Assembly (NCBI GenBank): GCA_963701665.1 | Contig: OY969622.1 | Span: 768,001-832,000 of the forward strand | DNA length: 64,000 nucleotides | Source: Candidatus Babeliales bacterium | Lineage (GTDB): Bacteria; Babelota; Babeliae; Babelales; JANWKD01 | Reading direction: 5' to 3' | Part shown: piece after piece, positions 51,114-61,215 of the stretch | Numbering within the stretch: position 1 is the first letter of the stretch | Layout of the letters: each line of letters opens with the position of its first letter | Program-made: the position numbers and the translations under genes | The notes under the pieces: model-generated | The model's database searches: none | Seen by the model: the letters and a program-made list of their open reading frames with translations, nothing else | What the model was told of the DNA's origin: nothing

Positions 51114-51516
51114 CTTTCACTCCTCCAACTACCTTGATTTGATCAATGACGCTTATTAAGATATTTGCTGAACAGGATTGTTGACGATCAACACGCACCC
51201 ATACACGTTTTGACTGTGCAGGATTGCCCACTGCTGAAAGACATTGTTTGATTTCTTGCCCAATAGTTTCAAGCGTTACCGGCTTATTATTGCAATAAAT
51301 TTTTTCTTCTTTATCAATAGAGATAACAATTTCTTGTTGTTCTTTACCAGCTTCTTGCGCAGCTCCTTTTGGCAAATCAATTTTGATAGAATTCTGAAGC
51401 ATGGGCGTTGTAACCATAAAAATTATAAGCAAGGTCAATGCCGTATCGATCAACGGCGTCAGCGTAATTTCCAGTGAAGGTGAAAGAGATTTTTTTCTTC
51501 GTCTCAATGATTGCAT
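51070..51516 (-). CDS. tolR: TolR/ExbD family protein
   Basis: ITLTPLIDTALTLLIIFMVTTP, IDLPK. Confidence 0.88.
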   Translation of the reverse strand: MQSLRRRKKSLSPSLEITLTPLIDTALTLLIIFMVTTPMLQNSIKIDLPKGAAQEAGKEQQEIVISIDKEEKIYCNNKPVTLETIGQEIKQCLSAVGNPAQSKRVWVRVDRQQSCSANILISVIDQIKVVGGVKDVAIATEKLATKAA

Positions 51517-51520
51517 GCAA

Positions 51521-52228
51521 TCAATCTCCTTTCAATAATTCCTTGCGAACAAAAATTTTTTGGATAATCCAATGAAATTTATCAGCTACTTTATAGAGCT
51601 CGTGTTCAACAATGCGAATTTGCGCAATCAAAAAATGGTACATAACGAGCGCAGGAACTGCAACAAGCAAACCAGCGAGGGTGGTAATCAACGCTTCTGC
51701 AATACCGGGTGCTACCGTGGCGATGTCGGCTGATTGTTTTTCACTTATGCGAATGAACGCGTGTACTAATCCCCACACAGTACCGAACAATCCTAATAAT
51801 GGTGAAACTGATGCACTCGTAAATAAAAATGGTAAGTATGATTCTTCCGTACGCATTAAATCTTCGAGCGTTTCTTCAAGTTGTTGTCGTAAATAAGAAC
51901 ATTCTTGCTGCGTAAGATGTGTTTTGCCAGCATCATGCTCAAGAAGTGATTTTAAAATGATGAGATTTCTTTTTAAAAAATAACCGGGCAACGTATCGAT
52001 CATGGCTGAAGCAACCATTCTCATTTCTTCAAACGTTTGCACTTCCCGTAACCGTTCCAGCATCATTGAAAGTTGTCTTTTTTTCAGGCGTAACAAGATG
52101 ACTTTATAAAGAAAAATTGTCCAACAGATAATCGACATACACAAAAGTGTTAGCAGAACAAGCTTTGTTACAAAATCTGATTGAATTACTAATAACCATA
52201 GTGCATTGCCATTCAAATTATACCACAT
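51521..52228 (-). CDS. tolQ: TolQ/ExbB/MotA proton channel protein
   Basis: SPLLGLFGTVWG, VAPGIAEALITTLAGL.VAVPA. Confidence 0.9.
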   Translation of the reverse strand: MWYNLNGNALWLLVIQSDFVTKLVLLTLLCMSIICWTIFLYKVILLRLKKRQLSMMLERLREVQTFEEMRMVASAMIDTLPGYFLKRNLIILKSLLEHDAGKTHLTQQECSYLRQQLEETLEDLMRTEESYLPFLFTSASVSPLLGLFGTVWGLVHAFIRISEKQSADIATVAPGIAEALITTLAGLLVAVPALVMYHFLIAQIRIVEHELYKVADKFHWIIQKIFVRKELLKGD

Positions 52229-52302
52229 ATTTTTTAAATCCTTTTATTCAAGGGTAGTTTATGCATCTTAGTGTAACGCAGAGTGAGGGTTATTAACAAG
52301 AA

Positions 52303-53727
52303 TCATTTTTTTTCTTTTTTTAGACATTGTAGCACTCGTTTTTTAAGTACACTTTTATCATGAATATTTTCATCAAGTTGAATTTTGTACGCTTCTTTTA
52401 CTAATGTTCCCATGAGCGGCCCTGGCTCAATTTCCGGCATCAGATCTTTTCCTTGCAAAATTTTTGCTTCAACACCAAGATACGCGTGTGCCTTTTTTGC
52501 GTTACGAATAAACTCATCGACTTCAGGTAGCGCGTGTTTCAAAGGCCCATTTTTTTTTGGGTTGCGCGCTCGTTTATCAGCAACAACAAGTTTTGCGAGC
52601 GTTTCAAGTGTTATTTGAGGTGATAATGTCAATGCGAGGCGTTTATATGCTTTACTGCTTGCGTTTCCAGCAACAAGCTGCAAAGGATACATATGCGCAC
52701 GCACCAGCTTTGCAACCGATTGAATAATCACTTGTGTATTCATAATTCTTTTTAATAATTTTTTTGCCAAAGCAACACCGGCTATTTCATGCCGATAACT
52801 GGTAATAGCACCATCTTTGATAACGGTTGTTTTTGCTTTCCCCAAATCATGACATAACGCCGCATACATAATAATGAGTTTTTCTAGTTCAGAATCGTAG
52901 GAAAGCTCTGCTGCAGCATCTATTGCTTGCTTAGTATGTTCATAGACATCGCCTTCAGGATGCCATTTAGGGTTTTGTTTAACCCCTTTCAATGCAGCAA
53001 CCTCGGGAAGCACATCCGTTAATCGTTTAATCTTGTCTAACCAATCAAGCGCACGCGACGGATGCATTGATTTTAATAATAATTTTTTAAATTCACTTTC
53101 AATACGTTCGCGAGAAACTTTTGAAATATCCATTTTTTTGCATAATGCATTCAACATATGATCAGGCGACATTTCAAAACGTCCAACAAATTGCATAACA
53201 CGAAAAAAACGCAAAGGATCTTCGCCAAAAGTTTTTTTGTTGGTCGCTCGTAAAATACCTTTTTTTAAATCTTGTAAGCCATGAAATGGATCAACAAGCT
53301 CACATGTAATCAGATCGATACCCATTGCATTCATGGTAACATCACGACGCTCAAATGCTTTTTTAATATCCATGAGTGGATCAAGCGTTACTTGTGGCTT
53401 GCGCCCCGCTTTATCAGAACGAGGGATTGACCAATCAATGTCGAGCGTTTCCAAGCGAAGAACGCCGTACGCTTTGCCTACATAATTCACACGCCCAAAT
53501 TTTTGTAAAATTTTTTCAAGCTGCGCTAATTGAAGGCCATGAACTTCAATATCCAGATCTTTCACGGGTAAACCAAGCATAAGATCACGCACGGCACCGC
53601 CAACTAAATAAGATGCACCGCCAGCTTCATGAATATCTTGAATAATCGCCAAAAGAGATGCATGTTTGCTCAGGAGATTTTTTAATTTTTTTTGTATCGT
53701 TATACTAACTTTTGTAAACTTCACCAT
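52303..53727 (-). CDS. cca: tRNA nucleotidyltransferase with HD domain
   Basis: LVGGAVRD..KDLDIE, RRDVTMNA, EDPLR, ERI, HPEGDVYEH, HDLGK. Confidence 0.9.
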   Translation of the reverse strand: MVKFTKVSITIQKKLKNLLSKHASLLAIIQDIHEAGGASYLVGGAVRDLMLGLPVKDLDIEVHGLQLAQLEKILQKFGRVNYVGKAYGVLRLETLDIDWSIPRSDKAGRKPQVTLDPLMDIKKAFERRDVTMNAMGIDLITCELVDPFHGLQDLKKGILRATNKKTFGEDPLRFFRVMQFVGRFEMSPDHMLNALCKKMDISKVSRERIESEFKKLLLKSMHPSRALDWLDKIKRLTDVLPEVAALKGVKQNPKWHPEGDVYEHTKQAIDAAAELSYDSELEKLIIMYAALCHDLGKAKTTVIKDGAITSYRHEIAGVALAKKLLKRIMNTQVIIQSVAKLVRAHMYPLQLVAGNASSKAYKRLALTLSPQITLETLAKLVVADKRARNPKKNGPLKHALPEVDEFIRNAKKAHAYLGVEAKILQGKDLMPEIEPGPLMGTLVKEAYKIQLDENIHDKSVLKKRVLQCLKKEKK

Positions 53728-53764
53728 GTATTCCTTTAACTAACCTTTTTTTAGAAAGTATGCT

Positions 53765-54553
53765 ATGAAATTAGGATTTTTTATACTGAGCGCATTATCA
53801 TTAAGTACCTACGTGCAGTATACACAAACTGTCGACTTTACTCTAAAAGGTATCACAACTTGGATTACGGGAATAAAAGAAGAACCTGTCATCAAAGAAT
53901 CATTTTTTGATTTTGATGGCACGGTCATCCTTGAAAATAATAATCAAGGAACCGTAACGGTAAAAACATGGAGTTTGCCAAAAATTGCACTCGAAGCAAT
54001 AAAAAAAGCGCCAGAAAAAGATCTTGAAGCTCTCGCAATCATCATGGATGTCCACAACAATAAAGCTACCATAACATCAACATTAAAGAACACTCGTTCT
54101 TCAATCGATTATCATCTCATGGTACCTTTCAAAACGAACGTTACCATTAAAAATAAAGGTCCTATAAAAATTAAAAATGTCGAGGGAAATATTATCGCAA
54201 CATCTTCTGAAAATGCACTCGTTATTCGCGGTGCTGCTGCTGATGTCACAGCGCGCGCTCAAGGAGAAGTTAACCTATCGTTCTTATCACTACCACTCGA
54301 CACGACAGTCAATGCAACGAGTTTAAAGAGTTCTATTACGCTTGGATTACCAAAAGATATTCATGCCAATGTGTACGCAAAAACAATGTATAATATGGTG
54401 CATTCAGATCATTATATTATGTTGAATCCTATAACAGTTTTGCTCAATAAACAAACATGGAATCGGTTACAGCGCGAGATAACAGGAATGATTGGCAATG
54501 GAGGCGCCCATCTTTTCTTGAACGCCTATAATGGGATCACCATAACGTGGTAA
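53765..54553 (+). CDS. DUF4097-like beta-strand-repeat exported protein
   Basis: Signal peptide; short beta repeats (GTVTVKTW, GPIKIKNVEGNI, NGITI). Confidence 0.55.
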   Translation: MKLGFFILSALSLSTYVQYTQTVDFTLKGITTWITGIKEEPVIKESFFDFDGTVILENNNQGTVTVKTWSLPKIALEAIKKAPEKDLEALAIIMDVHNNKATITSTLKNTRSSIDYHLMVPFKTNVTIKNKGPIKIKNVEGNIIATSSENALVIRGAAADVTARAQGEVNLSFLSLPLDTTVNATSLKSSITLGLPKDIHANVYAKTMYNMVHSDHYIMLNPITVLLNKQTWNRLQREITGMIGNGGAHLFLNAYNGITITW

Positions 54554-54564
54554 AACGCAGTACC

Positions 54565-55872
54565 TTATGATACTGCGCACCATGTTGATGATTTTTCAGG
54601 AACAAGATAAGGCTGCAAAATAGCTGCTAATATGGGCTTATTCTGCATAAGATTCTTAACAGCTTCTTTAACAAGCGAAGGTGCTTTATTGAGTTGAACT
54701 TTTTCATCAATAGTTATCATCTCGAGCAACCATCGCAAGGTTAACGCATCTTCGATTGATAATTTTTGTATATCTGGTTGTAAATCTGGATTTGTTATAT
54801 GCCATTTTTCAACGATTCTTTGATAGGCCATAGTCTTATCACAGATCAACTGATTTTGACTGTCGTACCCTACTGCCTTCTGGGTAGTATACTTTTTAAT
54901 ATTTTCAAGTGAAGCAGCATCCCATATTTGTATTAACCATTTTTTTGTATCTAGTAATGATGATGTTACTAAGTTTGCACCATTTGGTGAGAATGAAACA
55001 GAATGTGCTGGCCCTTGTGAAGTAGCCAGCAATTGACACTTTTGTGTCGCTAAATTCCAAAGGCGTACAATTTTGTCTTCCGTTGCGACTGCTAATATCT
55101 TGTTAGAAGGGGAAAAACGTAATGCAGTAACACATTTTCTGCTTGCGAATTCCGCAATCATACTATCTTCTTGTATACTCCATACAACCACTTTAGAACA
55201 ATTATTCATAGCAAGCGCTATAAGTGATTTATCATCTGAGAAAACGAAGTGTGATGGCGAATTATTTTTTATTTCATCAATAAGTAATTTAGGTAATGTA
55301 TGACTAGCATTAAAACCGTATTTTTTTGCCATTGTTGAAGCAACAAACAAAGACATTTCTGCTGGCATCGTGTCTGAGGGTGGCGCAGTAAATGTTTGCG
55401 TAATTTTAAGCATTTTTTCAAGATGCGTAGTATTAAATTCTTTTATGAGAACATTACTCAACAAATCTGAAGCTATGTTCATAAGAGTACAACAGTCTAA
55501 ATAGTTAGCTGTATTTAATAAAGGTATCAGTGCGTTTAACGATAGTTTTTTTGCTGCGAGGAAAGCTTTGCATTTTTTAAGTATTTCTTCTTTAGATAAA
55601 GTTTTTGATTGTTGAACTAAAAAGTCACTTAATTCTTTAATAATAGACATCTCGCGTGAAGTAACAACATCTGATACTACCAAAGGATTTTGAGTTGTGT
55701 CATCACAGTCTGCGATCATATGAGTAAGTAGTTTTGATTCTTGTATGGTTTCATCGGTAAAGGTAAATTTTCCACCGTCTCGCGTTTCCACCACTATTTC
55801 CATAGCAGAAAGTGAGAATGCGGTATTTATGAGAAACAACATTAAATTTTTTATTACTTTTTTACTAAGCAT
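54565..55872 (-). CDS. putative effector: signal peptide, Skp1/elongin-C-like domain, WD40 repeats, C-terminal CaaX
   Basis: IVVETRDGGKF..SKLLTHMIAD..LLNTANYLD..L; VTALRFSPSNKILAVATEDKIVRLWN; ends WCAVS. Confidence 0.8.
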   Translation of the reverse strand: MLSKKVIKNLMLFLINTAFSLSAMEIVVETRDGGKFTFTDETIQESKLLTHMIADCDDTTQNPLVVSDVVTSREMSIIKELSDFLVQQSKTLSKEEILKKCKAFLAAKKLSLNALIPLLNTANYLDCCTLMNIASDLLSNVLIKEFNTTHLEKMLKITQTFTAPPSDTMPAEMSLFVASTMAKKYGFNASHTLPKLLIDEIKNNSPSHFVFSDDKSLIALAMNNCSKVVVWSIQEDSMIAEFASRKCVTALRFSPSNKILAVATEDKIVRLWNLATQKCQLLATSQGPAHSVSFSPNGANLVTSSLLDTKKWLIQIWDAASLENIKKYTTQKAVGYDSQNQLICDKTMAYQRIVEKWHITNPDLQPDIQKLSIEDALTLRWLLEMITIDEKVQLNKAPSLVKEAVKNLMQNKPILAAILQPYLVPEKSSTWCAVS

Positions 55873-56105
55873 TATATCTCCTTTTTATCTAATTTTTGCT
55901 TATCTCCCTAGCATCAAATAATGTCATAAATAAGCTTATCAAATACAGAAAATATGTCAATATGAAATTATTTCTACTGGTTTACAGGGATAAAATACCC
56001 TAAAATTCAATGCCATATTTATGCGTTTTTTATGAATAAATATAAATAAAATATGTAGAGTTGCTGCTCATTTGTTCATAGAATTATTTCAATTCACCCT
56101 GAACA

Positions 56106-56359
56106 TAATTAACGTGAATTCGATATATAAAAACATAAATTTAGCCTAAGAAAATAATGTTAAAATCAGAATTGTCATTGCGAACCTACGTAGCTTTTAG
56201 CGGAGTAGGTGTGGCAACCCAGATAATAAAATTAATTCATTAAAAAAGGAATTTATTAAAGTTCTGGGTCACCACGTCACTACGTTCCTCGTGATGACAT
56301 TTCGAGATATTTTTGTCGGTAATAAGTCGATAATTTTTTTATCGAATTCACGTTAATTA
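56106..56359. mobile_element. complete MITE-like palindromic element with 20-bp terminal inverted repeats
   Basis: TAATTAACGTGAATTCGATA (56106-56125) / TATCGAATTCACGTTAATTA (56340-56359) enclose core 56174-56298 GTCATTGCGA...GTGATGAC. Confidence 0.8.
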
Positions 56360-56469
56360 GGATAAAAGGCGTATACTTCTTGCCGGTTCAAAATTCTGTT
56401 GCTATTTTTTTTATTAACCTTCTACTATATAAAAAAATTCGATGGAGTAAAAAATAGGAAAGGAACTTA

Positions 56470-59400
56470 ATGAAGCGATCCCCCGTTTTCTACATTATTA
56501 TATTGGGCGCTCTATTTTGCACTTCAGCGATTTCGGCTTCCACAGATATAATGCACCATCCAGATTTCAGTACTGATATTATAGTTGATAAAGACTGTAA
56601 ACAGTTTATCCAAGATATTATCAAAGAAGCACTCATTGATAATACGTATGAACAGCTTTCCGAGGGATTATTACATTGTTACGAAAGAATTCAATGCGAT
56701 CCTGAATGTTGCACATTACCCCTTAATGATCTTATAGATGCCTTCCCTGAATTAGTTGCAAAATTAAAAGAGAAGCTTAAAGCTCCCCGCCCTCCTCAGG
56801 GCAATCATGCTATTGTTGGCAGCAATACCATTGATTTTGGATCTCTTATAGCATTACTAATACGATTAGAATTTCTGATCAATCAACTAGCGCAACAACA
56901 AAGCTCTTGCTGTAGCCAGATACTCTCTGACTTTCAGCAAACATGGTCTATCCTTGATCATCTCTCATTTACTACTACGGTGGATCTTTCTTCCGTGTTT
57001 ACGGCGCTCAATGCATGCTGCTCAAATATAACCTCGGAATTCCAACAAACATGGACCATCCTTGATCATCTCTCACTTACTATTACGGCGGATCTTTCTT
57101 CTGTGTTTACGGCGCTCAATGCATGCTGCTCAAACATAAATTCTGAATTCCAACAAACATGGACTATTTTAGCCGGTCTTTCACTAACTGCTACCGTTGA
57201 TCTTTCTTCTGTGTTTACGGGGCTCAACGCATGCTGCTCAAACATAAATTCTGAATTCCAGCAAACATGGACTATGTTAGCCGCCGGGTTTAATGGTACC
57301 TTCAGTACACTTAATAGTTTTAATACCACTGTTACCACAGATTTTTCATCAACCTGGACAATTATCAATACCGGATTCAATGGAACTTTCTCTGCGCTCA
57401 ATGCATGCTGCTCAAACATAAATTCTGAATTCCAACAAACATGGACTATTTTAGCTGCTGATTTCAATGGCACATTCTCTGCAATTAATGCGATCAACAC
57501 TAATGCAAATAACACGTTCACCGTAATCGCAGATCTAAAAACTACGGTGACCAATGACTTTGCTGCAACATGGACAATTATTAATGCTGGATTCAATGGA
57601 ACCTTCTCTGCGCTCAATGCTTGTTGCACGAATATAAATTCTGAGTTTCAACAAACTTGGACGATCTTAGCTGCTGATTTCAATGGCACATTCTCCGCAA
57701 TCAATGCGATCAACACTAATGCAAATAACACGTTCACCGTAATCGCAGATCTAACAACTACGGTGACCAATGACTTTGCCGCAACATGGACAATTATTAA
57801 TGCCGGATTCAACGGCACCTTCTCTGCACTCAATGCTTGCTGCACGAATATAAATTCCGAATTTCAACAAACATGGACAATTTTAGCCGCTGATTTCAAT
57901 GGCACATTCTCCGCAATCAATGCGATCAACACTAATGCAAATAACACATTCACCGTAATAGCAGATCTAACAACTACGGTGACCAATGACTTTGCTGCAA
58001 CATGGACAATTATTAATGCTGGATTCAATGGAACCTTCTCTGCACTTAATGCTTGCTGCAACAATATAAATTCCGAATTTCAACAAACATGGACTATCTT
58101 AGCTGCTGATTTCAATGGCACATTCTCTGCAATTAATGCGATCAACACTAATGCAAATAACACGTTCACCGTAATCGCAGATCTAAAAAACACTGTTACC
58201 AATGACTTTGCTGCAACATGGACAATTATTAATGCCGGATTTAATGGAACCTTTTCAGCGCTCAATGCTTGTTGCACGAATATAAATTCTGAGTTTCAAC
58301 AAACATGGACTATCTTAGCTGCTGATTTCAATGGCACATTCTCCGCAATCAATGCAATAAGCATAGATGCAAATGGCACCTTCTCTGCACTGGCAGATTT
58401 AAAAAATACAATCACCAATGACTTTGCTGCAACGTGGACAATTCTTAATGCTGGATTCAATGGAACTTTCTCTGCGCTCAATGCTTGCTGCACAACTATA
58501 AATTCTGAGTTTCAACAAACCTGGACTATCTTAGCTGCTGATTTCAATGGCACATTCTCCGCAATTAATGCGATCAACACCAATGCAAATAACACATTCA
58601 CCGTAATCGCAGATCTAACAACTACGGTGACCAATGACTTTGCTGCAACGTGGACAATTATTAATGCTGGATTCAACGGCACCTTCTCTGCACTCGATGC
58701 TTGTTGCAACAACATAAATTCTGAGTTTCAACAAACGTGGACTATCTTAGCTGCTGATTTCAATGGCACATTCTCTGCAATTAATGCGATCAACACTAAT
58801 GCAAATAACACGTTCACCGTAATCGCAGATCTAACAACTACGGTGACCAATGACTTTGCTGCAACGTGGACAATTATTAATGCTGGATTCAATGGCACGT
58901 TCTCTGCACTCAATGCCTGTTGCACAACTATAAATTCCGAATTTCAACAAACATGGACTATCTTAGCTGCTGATTTCAATGGCACATTCTCTGCAATTAA
59001 TGCGATCAACACTAATGCAAATAATACGTTCACCGTAATCGCAGATCTAAAAACTACGGTGACCAATGACTTTGCTGCAACATGGACAATTATTAATGCT
59101 GGATTTAATGGAACCTTCTCTGCACTCAATGCTTGTTGCAACAACATAAATTCTGAGTTTCAACAAACATGGACCATCTTAGCTGCTGATTTCAATGGCA
59201 CATTCAGTATGCTTTCAAATCTTTCTACTGCAGTGACCAATGACTTTGCTGCGACCTGGACCATTTTAGCTGCTGGCTTTAATGGAACCTTCAGCGCAAT
59301 TAATGCCATCACGCTTGATGCAAATGGCACCTTTAGCGCACTATTAGATTTGAAAAATACTATCACTAATGATTTTGCTGCAACGTGGACAATTTTAAAC

Positions 59401-61158
59401 GCTGAGTTCAATGGAACGTTCTCTGCACTCAATGCTTGTTGCACTAACATCAATTCTGAATTCCAACAAACATGGACTATCTTAGCTGCCGGATTTAATG
59501 GCACATTCAGCACACTCGCTACTATTCCTGGCGATTTTAACGCTACATGGACTATTTTGGCCTCTGGCTTTAATGGAACTTTCACAGCGCTCAATGCTTG
59601 TTGCACTAACATCAATTCCGAATTCCAACAAACTTGGACTATCTTAGGTGCTGGTTTCAATGGGACTTTCAGCACACTCGCTACTATTCTTGGCGATTTT
59701 AACGCTACGTGGACTATTTTAGCCTCTGGCTTTAACGGCACCTTCTCGGCACTCAACGCCTGTTGCACTAACATTACTTCTGAGTTCCAACAAACTTGGA
59801 CTATTTTAAATGTCTTAACCGAAAACCTTTCAAATCCGGTTATGATTACGCAAGCAAATTTTGGAACAGCAGGTGGAACGCCCTATATCATTTCAACGTC
59901 TGGCGTATATAGGTTGGGTAGCAATGTTGTTTTCACACCATCTATAACAACTACTGCTATACTTATTACGACAACCAACGTTGTCCTTGATCTACAACTC
60001 TTCACATTAAGCCAAGGAAATACCACCACGGGCGTGAATGCTATCGTCGTTAGTTCTGGTATGACCGATGTGTATATTCAAAATGGCACAATAAAAAACT
60101 TCACACGTTCTGCAATATCATTCCAAGGGAACAATCGAAGAGTAGGAATTGATCAAACCACCACCGTATCATGTGCGGTGCGCGGCATCGAGTTAATCTC
60201 ATCGAGCGCACCGAGCCAAAATGTTATCATTCAAAATTGCAATGTATACAATTGCTCAACAGCAGCAACCGCCGATAATGCATTAATTTTACAATCATGT
60301 AATAAAGGAATAATAAAGGATTGCACATTGAATGGTAATGGTGTTAATTCAAATACCATAAATGTACTTAATTTTAATAGCTGCATTGAATTTATTGTGT
60401 CAGATATCAGTATGTATGAAAATACTGCCTCTTCGCTCAACTGCATATCATTAGATAGCACGTCTTCACTTAATTACTTTGATAACTGTATCATGATGAA
60501 TAATCAATCCATTAATACTCTCAATGGGTTTACTATTTCTAGCAACGCCAATATTTTTAACAATTGCATCGTCAATGGAAATATAAGTTATTCGACAAAT
60601 ACCAGTCCTCTAAACGGATTCAATATAGCGGGATCTTTCAATACAATGACTAACTGCGCAGTATCCTTTAATCAAACACCAGTGCCGACAAGTTCGACGA
60701 CAGTTGCCCCTATTAATGCTTTTGACTTAAGCGGATCTGAAAACATCCTATCTAATTGTCAATCAATATTCAACCAGGCCAACAGTCGTTTTGAGGGATG
60801 TTTTATCTCTACTACGAGCAATATCATCGATCACTTTATAGCCGCTAATAATATAGGTTTCTTAGGTGTCTGTGCTGGCATTTTCATTAACAGCGCCTCA
60901 GCTGTTAACAATATAGTAAGGAATTGTTTATTCGTAAATAATCTTGGTTATACTACTGTGAGTGGACAACCCACCAATGGTTTCGGACTAGATAATGCGG
61001 CTACGGGATATTTAATCTATGACAATGTTGCGTATATAAATCAAACTACACAAATTTTTGGTGTCGCTGCAGGATCTTTAACAACGCCAACAGCACCAGC
61101 ATCACAAAACTTGGCAGCTGTTACAGGTGCCTGGACTAATTTAGCACTCGCTGCTTAA
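56470..61158 (+). CDS. giant repetitive exported fibre-like protein with C-terminal right-handed beta-helix
   Basis: Signal peptide; 72-aa (216-bp) repeats with FQQTWT/FNGTF/ACC; C-terminus ISTSGVYRL..NVVLDL..IQNGTI..IQNC. Confidence 0.85.
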   Translation: MKRSPVFYIIILGALFCTSAISASTDIMHHPDFSTDIIVDKDCKQFIQDIIKEALIDNTYEQLSEGLLHCYERIQCDPECCTLPLNDLIDAFPELVAKLKEKLKAPRPPQGNHAIVGSNTIDFGSLIALLIRLEFLINQLAQQQSSCCSQILSDFQQTWSILDHLSFTTTVDLSSVFTALNACCSNITSEFQQTWTILDHLSLTITADLSSVFTALNACCSNINSEFQQTWTILAGLSLTATVDLSSVFTGLNACCSNINSEFQQTWTMLAAGFNGTFSTLNSFNTTVTTDFSSTWTIINTGFNGTFSALNACCSNINSEFQQTWTILAADFNGTFSAINAINTNANNTFTVIADLKTTVTNDFAATWTIINAGFNGTFSALNACCTNINSEFQQTWTILAADFNGTFSAINAINTNANNTFTVIADLTTTVTNDFAATWTIINAGFNGTFSALNACCTNINSEFQQTWTILAADFNGTFSAINAINTNANNTFTVIADLTTTVTNDFAATWTIINAGFNGTFSALNACCNNINSEFQQTWTILAADFNGTFSAINAINTNANNTFTVIADLKNTVTNDFAATWTIINAGFNGTFSALNACCTNINSEFQQTWTILAADFNGTFSAINAISIDANGTFSALADLKNTITNDFAATWTILNAGFNGTFSALNACCTTINSEFQQTWTILAADFNGTFSAINAINTNANNTFTVIADLTTTVTNDFAATWTIINAGFNGTFSALDACCNNINSEFQQTWTILAADFNGTFSAINAINTNANNTFTVIADLTTTVTNDFAATWTIINAGFNGTFSALNACCTTINSEFQQTWTILAADFNGTFSAINAINTNANNTFTVIADLKTTVTNDFAATWTIINAGFNGTFSALNACCNNINSEFQQTWTILAADFNGTFSMLSNLSTAVTNDFAATWTILAAGFNGTFSAINAITLDANGTFSALLDLKNTITNDFAATWTILNAEFNGTFSALNACCTNINSEFQQTWTILAAGFNGTFSTLATIPGDFNATWTILASGFNGTFTALNACCTNINSEFQQTWTILGAGFNGTFSTLATILGDFNATWTILASGFNGTFSALNACCTNITSEFQQTWTILNVLTENLSNPVMITQANFGTAGGTPYIISTSGVYRLGSNVVFTPSITTTAILITTTNVVLDLQLFTLSQGNTTTGVNAIVVSSGMTDVYIQNGTIKNFTRSAISFQGNNRRVGIDQTTTVSCAVRGIELISSSAPSQNVIIQNCNVYNCSTAATADNALILQSCNKGIIKDCTLNGNGVNSNTINVLNFNSCIEFIVSDISMYENTASSLNCISLDSTSSLNYFDNCIMMNNQSINTLNGFTISSNANIFNNCIVNGNISYSTNTSPLNGFNIAGSFNTMTNCAVSFNQTPVPTSSTTVAPINAFDLSGSENILSNCQSIFNQANSRFEGCFISTTSNIIDHFIAANNIGFLGVCAGIFINSASAVNNIVRNCLFVNNLGYTTVSGQPTNGFGLDNAATGYLIYDNVAYINQTTQIFGVAAGSLTTPTAPASQNLAAVTGAWTNLALAA
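57432..59160 (+). repeat. about eight near-identical 216-bp intragenic tandem repeats
   Basis: Antisense shadow ORFs recur at 57648, 57864, 58080 ... 59160 (period 216). Confidence 0.9.
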
Positions 61159-61215
61159 AAGGAGATAAACACCATGGAACGTATTTCTCTTTTTAACATG
61201 TAGAAAAGGAACTTA

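Noticed and set aside
61141..61167. TTAGCACTC, the left half of a CIRCE operator
   Set aside because: Lies in coding sequence and lacks the GAGTGCTAA half; no CIRCE seen upstream of grpE either
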